A stretch of DNA of 64,000 nt from Moniliella sp. 'wahieum' (lineage: Eukaryota): assembly GCA_003971905.1 (NCBI GenBank), contig RSEE01000012.1, forward strand, positions 558,001 through 622,000, written 5' to 3'. Positions 1-10,780 of this stretch are shown here, piece by piece. The notes under the pieces are model-generated. The model saw only the letters and a list, made by a program, of their open reading frames with translations. It was not told the DNA's origin and did no database searches. Both the position numbers and the translations under genes were made by a program. Position 1 is the stretch's first letter. Every line of letters begins with the position of its first letter.

Positions 1-1075
1 AAGCTGCGTTACAGCTCCGCTACCAACATTGAGCATTCGCTGGAGCGGCATTCCGACTTCATCACCTTGGTTACGGGCGAATTTGTCGCGTCCGCTTTCA
101 AGGGTCAACCGGCCGGGGTTGGGTTCCACGACCGTGCTGGACGTGCGATCATGTGCCTTATGGTAGCTTGGGCTTTCCAGCTGCTCTATATCAATGGCGG
201 CGGGTCAATCAAGATCATTCACCCTATCCGTTACTCAGTCTACACTGTATTTATCTTTTCACTGCCCACATCCCCGTCGCCGCCCTCACCATTTGTGGTG
301 ACGGGATGGGGGAGATGATCAAGGAGAGCCATGCGTCAACCGGACTTCGTTGGCTCGTGTGCGAGTCCTTCGCGGTTGCGATGCTGGGCATGTGGGTGCT
401 GGCCATGATCGAGGTCGAGGAAGATGCGAAGGGGATACTCTGGATGCCCAAATGGCTACGCCTATTCCCCCGTCTCATCGCCATGACCGTCGCAGCCTTC
501 CTTCCCTTTACTTATCAGCTCCCTGCCATGCCCGAGGAAGGCGAAGAACAACAGGAGCTGGAGCTCACCAGACTCGTTCGCCGCGCCCTTGAATCCATTC
601 CAGGCGGTACTGACACCATTCAACATCACGGAGACGACCTTACCACCACCAAGTTGCTCGGCATCCTTACTGTCCTTTCTGTCTTCTGCTTAGTGTGGGA
701 ACTGGTGGGCGCCCTGAACGGTCCTAATGCGCCTGATGAGTCGGCCCACCGCACCTAATTGACCTTGCCTCTAGCAAACTAGGGGATCGCCACACCACGG
801 TCGCTGCGCTTCAGACACCGAAATGGAAGGGCGTACCAACTGTTTTGGAACCAGGTTTGTTCCACTTTGACTATTCTCGTCAGCGCGGGCCTGCGCCACT
901 TGCGGACGAGGCCGAAGCGTCGCGACAAGAAGATGCGCTCCAGCATCAAGCCCCTAGCCGAACGTCATTTCATTCGGCGCCCCCGGCCCCGCTTTCCTCC
1001 GAGCTGCCCAAGCCTTCGAAGCAAACGTCAGGCGAAGGTGTTGAGAACGCCGCGTCCGAAACTTCCGAGTGGTAG
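1..1075 (+). CDS. LtrA (low temperature requirement A)-like multipass membrane protein, 3' part only
   Basis: Frame 1 reads KLRYSSATNIEHSLERHSDFITLVTGEFV, resembling the LtrA-family EHxxERxxxFxxxVxGE motif, followed by several hydrophobic segments (ORFs 67..318 and 153..758). The 3' end is uncertain (758 or 1075). Confidence 0.55.
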
Positions 1076-1819
1076 GAACTGTGAGGAATTTGGAATGTCC
1101 AGGCTTGAGAGTGGCCATGTACCCGCGAAAGATCTGCCACTGATTCAGATGCACTGTGGCTCTCCCTTCTCTTCCACCCCCGCCTATTGGAGCTATTTCG
1201 TTCCTCACACCCTGCTTTCCGTCCTATACTGTCATCGTTATTCAAGCCTCTGTTTCTTGTCCGCACTTTGCGACGTTCTAATCGTTTGTCATTCACGTCG
1301 TGTTGTCGCTCTTTTTGTTTAACCACGAACTACGTTGTCTATAGCTGATAGGAGATTTGCGGAGATAGGTGTTCGACGGTCAAAACATACCCTTGAGAGG
1401 TCCAACGTCCACATCAATTTGTCCTTCATTCGCTTTCCAAGGGTAGTCGGAGCGGTGGCTGCGAAGCAGGCACACTTCCATGCTATACTCTTTGTATTGG
1501 TCCCGTCTCCTGGCCTAGTTAGTCCAAATGATGCGTCCACGACACATTGCATATTTCCGGATAAGAATGCATGCACATCATTATGGTGGGTTGGTTTTTC
1601 TTTGCCCGCTTGGGGATTTGGGCCTGGTTTGAGACTGTTTTTTCAAGGAAATCTGTCCCTCCCTCTTTGCAAACCAAGCAGGTTGGCACTACAAACCCCA
1701 AACGTAGGCGGGGAGAAAGGAGGGGGATCAAGAAATGCATGGTCCACACCTCGCTCGAGGTGTAGAACAACAGCTGAGGACATGAATTGCATCCCCCGCC
1801 TTTTGGAGGTGAAGTCGCT

Positions 1820-2278
1820 TTACTTGAGCACCTTCTTCTTGCGCAGCTGCGACGAGTGGCCGCACTTGCGCTTACGGCAGTTGGTCGCACGGGGAGGAAG
1901 GCGCGCGTAGCACTTGCGGCAAATCTGCTTCTCCACGTTCGTCTTCGACGCGAGGACCTTGAGCGATGGCTCAATGATACCACCCAGCAGGCTAGCGGAG
2001 AGAGGCGAGACCGGTTAGCCACACATCGTGAATCAAAAAACGGCAAGAAACTAGCGTGCGTACCTCAGCGACATGTGCAGGGTAGAGTCCTTCTGAATGC
2101 CGTAGTCGGCCAGGGTGCGGCCGTCAGCCAGCTGCTTGCCCGCGTAGAGCAAGCGCTGCTCCGCGGCAGGGATACCCTCGCGCGCAAAGTTGAGCGCCTT
2201 GACCGACTCGACAGTGGCCTCGGGGGCCACGGCGAGAGCCAGGGTGTTGCCCCGGACCGAGTTCACAAAGATTTGCAT
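1820..2278 (-). CDS. RPL40: Divergent ubiquitin-like domain fused to 60S ribosomal protein eL40
   Basis: Exon 1 (2278..2064) encodes [10 protein letters not shown]...[16 protein letters not shown]...GCTAAC...TAG intron spans 2063..1992. Exon 2 (1991..1820) gives (S)[56 protein letters not shown], which is the eL40 zinc ribbon. Confidence 0.92.
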
Positions 2279-2283
2279 CCCTC

Positions 2284-2395
2284 CTGTCGGCGGGGACGGG
2301 TTAGCGGGGGCTGGGCACGCAAGAGCAAAGGGGCTGGTGCTGTGCTAGAGCAGAGTGGGGCAGGGAGCGCACAGGGTGCGGTGGCGGGGACCTAC
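2284..2395 (-). other. Probable 5'-UTR intron of the UBL-eL40 gene
   Basis: Minus strand: AAG|GTAGGT donor at 2395, GCTAAC branch point near 2300, and CAG acceptor ending at 2284, 5 nt before the ATG. Confidence 0.6.
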
Positions 2396-3223
2396 CTTGA
2401 CTTGCTTGGTGGTAGATGGGCGGCAGATGCAGATGGGCGGCGTGCGTCTCGACTGGCGGCTGGGACGAGGGCGGAACGGGACACCGACTGGTGTCCGCGC
2501 GAAAATGCAGGCTGGGCTGGTGCGCAGCGGGCGAAGCGCAGAGTGCGCTGGTGCCGCCTCATCGTTCGTAATTATTGCGCCATCCCAACCCTAGTGCCTC
2601 CCATGGAGCTAGGTTCTCGAGGCTGAAATTGAAGGGGCTAGCTGCTGGGCAGGTCACGTGCTATGGGTGCCCATGCATGTGTGACTGTAACCCTCGGTGG
2701 CACAAGCGGGCGCAGGCGGGCGTGCTTGTGTACTCACCGCACCTAGTCACTGCCAGTCCTTGGTTGAAATGAACGTTTGAGCCGTTGATGCACCGAGGTT
2801 AGGCGCCCGCAACAAGGGCTTGCGGCATATCGTTCGTCGATCGCCTTTTCTTCTCTCCATCTCTCCTGTACCCACTGGCGGATGCGCTTGCTGCTATGAA
2901 CCTGGGAGGTGGGGGAGGCGGTCGCAGTGCCGGTGCTGTTGGGGTAGTGGGTGATGCGCTGCGCTTAATGGCATCCGCCGATCTGGCTGCCGAGCTGGCC
3001 GGGATTGCGCCTGACCGGGTGACCGGTGACCGGTGACCAAGCACGGAGCGCGAGTCAGCGTGTCGATACAAAAGACGACGCGGGGGTCGGATCGGTGCAA
3101 GTGGTGCGGCTGAGGGGTAATGCGATTGTTCTTGGTGTTCCCCCCCGTCCCCAGAAGAAGATGGCCAACACCCGCCCTTGGAAGCGCCCCCATCGCTTCT
3201 GGCTACGTCAAGCCCAGCCCATC

Positions 3224-4806
3224 ATGCGAGCGGCTGTGCGCGTCTCGACCGTGTCGCCAACGTTGGCCCTGCGCCGCGGCATCGCCTCCGCCGCGGTGGC
3301 GCGTGCGCCTGCTCCGGCACAGAACAAGTCGGACCAACCCCCCCCAGAACGCCCTGCCTGGGAGGTCAACAGTGCCGCCTATCTTGCCCGTCCGCTACCC
3401 TCGCTGCGGGAGTTGCGTGCCACCCTCTCACCGAGACGCCCTCCAAGGCGGTCCTCAGCAACCTCGAGCCTGCCTTCACTGCGGAGCCTGGTCCCTTTTT
3501 TGACGAGCACATGACGTTTGTCGGTGGTCGCCCGCGCCCTGGTATGACCACCTTCTACATGCGCGACCCGTACTTTGAGGGTGCCATGATCCGCACCAAC
3601 AACCTGCTGAGCGAGATGCAGCGTTGCCTTGAACTGCGTGGGATCTTGCGTGCGCGTGAGCTTCCGCCGCCGCCGGAAGAAAAGTACCGTCACAACACCC
3701 ATTGGGTCAATGTGGAGCTGGCCAGTGCTCGTCTGGCCGGTGCCAAGCCGGGGCATGAAGACAGCATTGGCAAGAACTATGTCACGTTGCGACGCTTCCA
3801 GTTTGTGGAACTACTGGATCGTCTCAAGGAGATTGCTCGCTACCTGCCCTACATTGCCCGGTGGTGTGCTTTCTGGCTTGCCGCCGCCTTTTGGGACGGA
3901 GCCGCACCCGTCGATTATTGGGCAAGAGGCCGCTTCGGACCGCGAGATTGCGTTGGCCAAGCAGTTGACTGAAGAGTTGGACAGGTTTGCTGCACCGACG
4001 ACAGCCATGGGCCAGGCGCGCAAGGCTCGGTTCAATATTGCGCTGAATGCTCCCTCGGACCCGGATGTGGAGGTGGTACGCAACCAGCCCAACCCGGGCG
4101 CCATCCTTCAGGCTCGCCGACCGGAGGACCGGTTTGCCAAGATGTGGACCATGGACGTCTCAGGCCGTATTCACAGCTCTGGCGCGCGTAAGCACGCCAA
4201 CGCGTCCGTGTGGATCGTGCCCTCGCGCACACGCGATGCACCCGGGCAAAATGGGCTGACGGTTGAGGCGCTGGAGCCGACGAGTGAGACGATGGCCGAA
4301 GCGGTTTTGAAGGCGCATGAGGGAGCAGCTGCTGAAGAAAAAGTCGACTCGTTCAATCCCTTGCCCCCAGAGCACATGCTCCGCACCGTGCCCCAAGGTG
4401 TGGGTTCAATTTTGGTCAATGGTGAACAGCTGGGTCGGTACTTTAGCAACTACAAGGACACGGCCTATGTGCAGCGTGCATTCAACGTCCTCGGTCTTGC
4501 TGGTGCCTTCAACGTGTATGCCCTTGTATCTGGTGGTGGCATGACGGGCCAGGCGGGTGCGATCGCCCATGGTCTGGCCAAGGCCTTGGTTGGCGCTGCT
4601 CAAGTCGGCTGGATCACCACCAAGTCCGCGCCCACTGGCATCACTCTCACCGCAGACCACAAGCCAAGGCCCAAGCCGAGTTGGCAGCTAAGATTCTCGC
4701 TGTTCTGCGTAAGGACGGTGTGTTGCGTCGCGACCCCCGCATGCCCGAGCGGAAGAAGACAGGCAAGCCTGGCGCACGCGCATCCCATACCTGGGTCAAG
4801 CGTTGA
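3224..4806 (+). CDS. MRPS9: Mitochondrial ribosomal protein uS9m
   Basis: Arg/Ala-rich presequence MRAAVRVSTV; S9 motifs SSGARKHANASVW, GSILVNG, VSGGGMTGQAGAIAHGLAKAL; C-terminus RRDPRMPERKKTGKPGARASHTWVKR*. Split over frames by indels. Confidence 0.88.
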
Positions 4807-5040
4807 GGACCACCACGTCCATACCGCAAAATCTATCCTCAAGTCTCCCCTGGCGTGTTATAGAGCAGTAGAAGCTGAGCGATCGAATCCATTGCCTGAA
4901 AGTTTACAGGTACTCGGGAGACACCTCTTGCTTTCCCTTATCTGGTTGTGGTTGCCGATTGTGGTACTCAACGAAGGACTTTTTCCAGGAAATGTAGTCG
5001 TGCTAATACTTATCGATCGTCTCATCCTCCTTTGACTTGT

Positions 5041-5790
5041 TCACGGCGCTAGCAGTAGTGGGAGTGGGGCAGTCTGCGAGTCTTGCCCGGCTGGAACATT
5101 CTCTCCCGTAGCAGTGGCAACTGAGGCCGTGGCGGAAGGAGCGGCGTCGGAAGCTGAAGTAGATGAGGCGGTGCCTGTGTGCCTTTGTCCTGTGTCGACT
5201 TGGGACGGGCCTCCATCGTAGAAAGCCTTAATTTTGGCGTATTCTTCCCGCACCATCTCCATCAGATCTTCAGCCAGGTCTTTGACTTCTTGGACTCGTC
5301 CCACATCAGGACCAGCGATATGGATGTGCATCTGCTCGCCTGATTCCCTACCAGTGCCTAACTCGATATACCCCGATGCCCGGCCCTCGATTTGGACCCG
5401 CGTCCCGGTCTCCTCTTGAATGTACTTGACAAACATGCCGCCCGGACCGACGACCTTGGATCGGACGTTGAACCAACAATGATGCGACTCGACATCTACG
5501 GGAACTTTGGCCTCAAGTCGGCGCCCAGGACGCGGGGCTTCGACCCGTACTGGTTCCTTGTTCATCAGCCCGCACCGCCCCCACCCCACGTCGCACCTCT
5601 TCCCGCGTCTTGGCTGTGATCTTGAGGAAGAGAGGCGGCTCGCCACCAGCAGGCGGCAGATGAACGGGAACGGTATCAAACCCCTATGTTGAAGCTTGAC
5701 TTGCGACCCCAGCTCTGCACCGGCACCTGCATGCAACTCTAACCTCTGCTTGGCCGGTTCCACTCGGTCCCTTCTCCATCCACGTCGCAA
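5041..5790 (-). CDS. KH-domain RNA-binding protein, KHDC4/BLOM7-like
   Basis: Second KH domain: FNVRSKVVGPGGMFVKYIQEETGTRVQIEGRASGYIE..TGRESGEQMHIHIAGPD. An alternative frame at about 5590-5640 gives EPPLFLKITAKTREEV, matching the first KH of this family. The start is unclear and the gene may be degenerate. Confidence 0.7.
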   Translation of the reverse strand: MRRGWRRDRVEPAKQRLELHAGAGAELGSQVKLQHRGLIPFPFICRLLVASRLSSSRSQPRRGKRCDVGWGRCGLMNKEPVRVEAPRPGRRLEAKVPVDVESHHCWFNVRSKVVGPGGMFVKYIQEETGTRVQIEGRASGYIELGTGRESGEQMHIHIAGPDVGRVQEVKDLAEDLMEMVREEYAKIKAFYDGGPSQVDTGQRHTGTASSTSASDAAPSATASVATATGENVPAGQDSQTAPLPLLLAP

Positions 5791-7155
5791 GAAACACGCT
5801 GGCGACGACGCTTGCCACGCCTTCGGTGCATGGGCTGATCCCCATAATCAAGGGGGTGCCACAGGATGTTCTGCGCACGGCTGCGCTAATCAAGCCCCCG
5901 TGCTCGGCCGCGCGCTACTCGCCTCGATTGCCACCGCTTCCCGCGCGCTACAGCAGGCCGAATCCCCTGGCCAATTGGCCGGGCGAACGGATCTGAGCGC
6001 AGAGCAACAGCCCGAGCTCATCACCACGTACGAACAGCACATGGCCCGTATCCACGACACCTCTTGGCAGGCCTTGCGGGACGCACACGAGCACCCTCTT
6101 GACGTCCTAGCTGTCCGACGGGCCCAGGAAGACGACTTCCCGCCCAACCTGCGAATTGAGCGAAGAGTCAAAGCCCAGTATCTGTCCTGGAAAGTGCGTT
6201 TTTCTGCCTCGATCCTTGCTGTTTGCCGAGCGGACAACCAAAGGCGACTCATTGTGCAGGTTACTGATACGTGTTTCTGTGCAGGTCAACGAATCAACCA
6301 AGAGAGATATCATCAAGTTGGTCAAAGAGAAGTGATCAGCTACACGGGATACAAATGCACCCGTTCGAACCACCTGACTCGCATCTGGTCGGATGGGACA
6401 CAAGCGCCAGCGGGAGCCGGTTATAACGAACGCTCCGCAAGCGGTCGCTTGGACACAGCAGGTTTTACTGGGATACAGAGGCGCGCGGCCCCAAGAGCCT
6501 CGAGCGGAACATCGTTGTTGCGTGGGGTTTTGTGCGTGATCTTGGGCGGCAGAAGGGATCCGTGCTCATTCATACATATGACCATTGGGTGCTAGCTGGA
6601 GGGACGGCTCCAGCCAAAAATGGGATCGGCGAGTACGCTCGAAAGCAACACGACTGGGAACAAAGGAGGCAAAAACGTCAAGGGCAAGACCACGGGGGTA
6701 AAGAAGACACGAGTGTGCACCTTGAAAGCTGGGGAGGATGTTGCGGCGCGTCAAACCATGCCACACACAGGACTGAACGCGGCGACTTGACCATGACCTC
6801 CATACCAAGATTGCCGTCAGTGTCTGATGGCGGGTGTAGCGATAGGCTTGGACGAGCCCAAACTGAAGAGGGATATGGCTGATCGGTGTTGACCGGTGCG
6901 TTGACGTTCAGTTATCGATTATCGGAATACCGAGTACCGGGTACCTTGAATACAATGTGGGGGATGGTGTATGCCAGAGGATGCAGTATGCCCCAGCATG
7001 CCCTAGTAACTAGATGGGGGGGACTTGTTCCAGCCTGTTCCAGCCCATCCAGACGGGAAGCCTGCCCAGGACGGCTGCTGCGATGGGGGTGCATGCGTAA
7101 CGCGTACACATATCCGCATCCATGACCGTCGTCGAGTCAGCAGCGTTGCCCTCGC

Positions 7156-7177
7156 TGAACGTTCAGCTGAACGTTCA
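7156..7177. repeat. 22-bp perfect palindrome TGAACGTTCAGCTGAACGTTCA within an AACGTTC array
   Basis: Read directly; the sequence equals its own reverse complement. Confidence 0.9.
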
Positions 7178-8341
7178 ACACGTTCAACGTTCTTTAGAAT
7201 GTTCAGCGCGTGCAGACTGACGCGCATAAAAAAGCGCAGGCTGTCTCGGTGTTGGCCATCGCTTACACAGAAGAATAAGCAGAGTGTACAAGGCGCATGG
7301 ACCGGGGGCCTCGCCGGCACCGCTGAGCGCGAGTACTGACTGAGTACGGAGTGAGTGGCGCTGAGCGGCCTAGAACCATTCCACGTTCCCCCAGAATGGG
7401 ATTGGCTTTTCGGCAGCCATGCCGAGGAGCAGCTCTCCTTCCACGTTCCCACAATGGATCGGCACTTGAGCCACCGGCAGCCACCGCACCCGGCCAGTGT
7501 GATGCCGCGAGGCCAAGTCGAATGCCAGTGGGGCAGTGCTCGCTCCACTCACCCCGAGTAGTTCGGCCACTGTGCGCTGGCGCGAGGGCCGGGTGGCAGC
7601 GCCCAGGTGGGGCGTAGTGCATAGTGGGGCAGGGTGGGACAGGGTAGGGCAGGACAGGGCTTGCTGCGGCCACGACGCAAGTGCACATCAGGCATTGCGG
7701 CATCGTGGCTTGGCCGAGTGCATGCCGCCGCAGCGTGCAGCGCCGTGCCAGGCCGTGCCTTGCAGGTGACTAGCCTCTGGCCACTCGCCACTGTGTCAGA
7801 GCTGCTAGGTACTGGCCTGCTCCGCCCCTGTTGTGCGCCCTGCTGCCTGCTACGCGCTAAACGCTAGACGCTGCGCCCCAGGCACACAACGCCCACCAGC
7901 GCCCACCCGCGCACCCGCGCTGTTCCGATCGCCATCGACCATCCGCCTTCTCCGGCCCGGGCACAGCGCCACACCCCATCCTCAAACTCAGCGCGCGCCA
8001 TGCATGGAGCGCAGCACGTGTGACGTGTGACGGGCGATGTGCGATGCGTGATGGTGCTGCGACACCAGCACTTGCATAGCCCCGGCCCCTGCACCGCGCT
8101 ACTGTCCAGCCCACCTTGCCGCACGCGCCCCGCAGGCACACTTGCGCGGTGCCTGCCCCGTCTCTCGCCGCCTCCACGGTTCGAGCCACGCAAGCACGGC
8201 CACCCACCCACCCACTCCCCCACCGGGTCTTCCTCTCCTTGCCAGCCACCCGCCACCCGCACCGCCTCCGCCTTGCCCATCCTCCACCAACACCTCCTCT
8301 CCTTCCTCCCCCCCCCAACGCCTCACGTTCTCTACCCGGCC

Positions 8342-9815
8342 ATGGTCCACGTTGCCTCCCTCGCCCTCGTTGGCGGCTTGCTGGTCGGCCAGGCCACCGC
8401 CCACCTTGGCCACGGTGTCCCTGGCCACCTCACCCCCCGCTTGAAGGCCGAGGCCGCCAAGCGCGGCATGGAGCGCCGCCAGACCTCCTACAACGACCAG
8501 ACCTGGCAGTCTGTTTCCGCTTCGGCCGCCGAGTGCGCGGGCTACAACTATGCCCCCGCTCCTCCTTTAGCTCTCACTTCCCCGAGATTTGGGAGATTGC
8601 CTCGATTGTGCCTTCTGACACGGAGGCACAGAACGTGTGGAAGCAGATCCAGTCTTCTGGCGCCATCCCCAACATTGCCCCCAAGGGTACCCCTACCTCC
8701 TCCGAGCAGGGCACCAAGTACGACGAGAACACTGACCCCGACTGCTGGTGGACTGAAACGCTCTGCACCAAGCCCAAGCACCCCAACCTCCCCGACGACA
8801 TCATTGACTGCCCTACTCCCTCCACCTGGGGTCTCACCTTTGACGACGGTCCCAACTGCACTCACAATGCCTTTTACGACTTCCTCAAGTCGAAGAAGCA
8901 GACGGCCACCATGTTCTACATTGGTTCCAATGTGCTCAACTGGCCACTCCAAGCCCAGCGTGGCCTGACCGATGGGCACCAGCTCGCCGCCCACACCTGG
9001 TCTCACCGCTACACCACCGCCCTCAGCAACGAGCAGGTGTTCGCCGAGCTGTACTACACTGTCAAGGCCATCAAGTGGACGACTGGTGTCACGGTGACCT
9101 CGTGGCGGCCGCCTTACGGTGACGTTGACGACCGTGTGCGTGCGATTGCGCACGCGCTCGGCCTCGACCATCATTTGGACCGACGACACGGACGACTGGA
9201 ATGTGATCCCGTACGTTTTCGACTATGCTTTGTCTCTGTCGTGGCCTGGATTCTAACCCCTTTTCTTTGTCTCAGTGGTGGCACGGCGCCTACCGCTCGA
9301 TCCAAGCCAACTACAACAGTATCATTTCCAAGGGCAAGGGCCCGGCTGCCACGGCTGGTGTTGTCGTTCTCACCCACGAGATCAACGCCCAGACGATGCA
9401 CATGATGATGTCCGAGTACCCTACCATTGCCGCGTCCTTTGACCACATTGTGCCCGTGCACGTATGCCAAAACAAGACCCAACCGTACCGCGAGGGCTCG
9501 TACGTGTACCCCAACTTTGAACAGTACATTGCCGGCACCATCATGCCCTCGGGTGTGCCTGATGCACCGACATTACCGCGTCGGCGGTCTCGTCGATCCA
9601 GGTGGGCGCCATCGCTTCCTCGGCGCAGCTACGCTGAGCATTTCTTCCTCGGCTGCCCCGTCCTCGGCGGCAGCTGGCGGCAGCTCTTCCGCTGCGTGGC
9701 GCAGGCGTCCCAAGGGGGCGAAGAACGACAAGGCGAGCGGTGCCGCTTCCGGCGTGGCGGCTGTCGGTTCGTGGCGCTGGCTGTTGTGGGCGGCGCGGCG
9801 GCATTGTTCGTGTAA
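8342..9815 (+). CDS. Secreted, probably GPI-anchored chitin deacetylase (CE4 / NodB homology)
   Basis: Signal peptide MVHVASLALVGGLLVGQATA; dibasic ERR site; CE4 motifs TFDDGP, HTWSH, RPPYG, DTDDW, VLTHE; intron about 9211..9275; Ser/Ala-rich tail with a hydrophobic C-terminus. Confidence 0.9.
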
Positions 9816-10780
9816 AAAGGGTTTCCAACTTGAGCCAGGACCTACGTTGATGGGATTGCTTGGCCTGGGGCCGTTGCTCTGCTCTGTAACGGGTTTGTGG
9901 CGGCCTTCCTGCGTGCTCCCTCCCCACCCTTTGGCTTGCGCACTCTCTTTCTAATTTTCTTGCGTCTGCTTTGTTTGCACTTTTTGCACCCTCTTCCATT
10001 TCCCCCTCCCACCCTTGGGGATCCAGCTACGAGCTGCGATCCCTTCGTATCCATCCTTTGCGTTCCCATCCATTGCAACTCATCCATCTCACATGGTGAT
10101 CTAGGTGCTAGAAGTATTACATACCGGCAATGCTATGGTTCTTGTTCTTGTGTCATCCATCGCGCACCAACAAGGTTCGTTGCTTGGGCCAGTGATGAAT
10201 GATCCATGGCCTCTGCCATCGGGAGGCATACAGGGGCCGGCTAGTGGGCCCAGACGAAGGGAGACAGATCGAAGCGTTAGCGCCATCAGATGTCACAGGA
10301 CTTTTGTTTGCGCTGCTTCTCCGACTATCCTTCGCCACACACCTCTCTGAGATAGTACCACCTTCCCTCAACCTCGAGCAGATTTCTGTCGACTAAAGAT
10401 GGCAGGAATCTCTTACAGATCCACCTGCCGCGCCGCTCGAAAAAAGCCCTCACGGGGCCAGCTCACTCGCATCATAAGGGTGCAACGCACTTTCCCAAGG
10501 GAGCGCGCCGCGCTGGCGCCCTTTTGGACCACACCCTGCCTAGTGTGGTAGTACCTCGCATCGGCTTATTCTGTTGTGACATGGGGGTGATACCGGTGGT
10601 CACTGGCCCAGGCTGGTGCCCTGGCTGGGGGCACTAGGCTGTTCCACTGCAAGCTGCACACCATTCCAGTCTATCTTGTCGTCACGTGACACGGGGGGCT
10701 CTGCCATCCTCAATCTCAGACGTCCCATCTGAGCTCTGACAGATCTGACATCTGACATGTGACGCTAGGCTCGACACGGA

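Noticed and set aside
1787..2626. Long antisense ORF over the UBL-eL40 gene, and many similar antisense ORFs elsewhere
   Set aside because: Expected shadow ORFs in GC-rich coding DNA.
5696..6595. 299-aa plus-strand ORF
   Set aside because: Non-ATG start, overlaps the KH gene on the opposite strand, and has no recognisable motif; cannot be supported as a gene.
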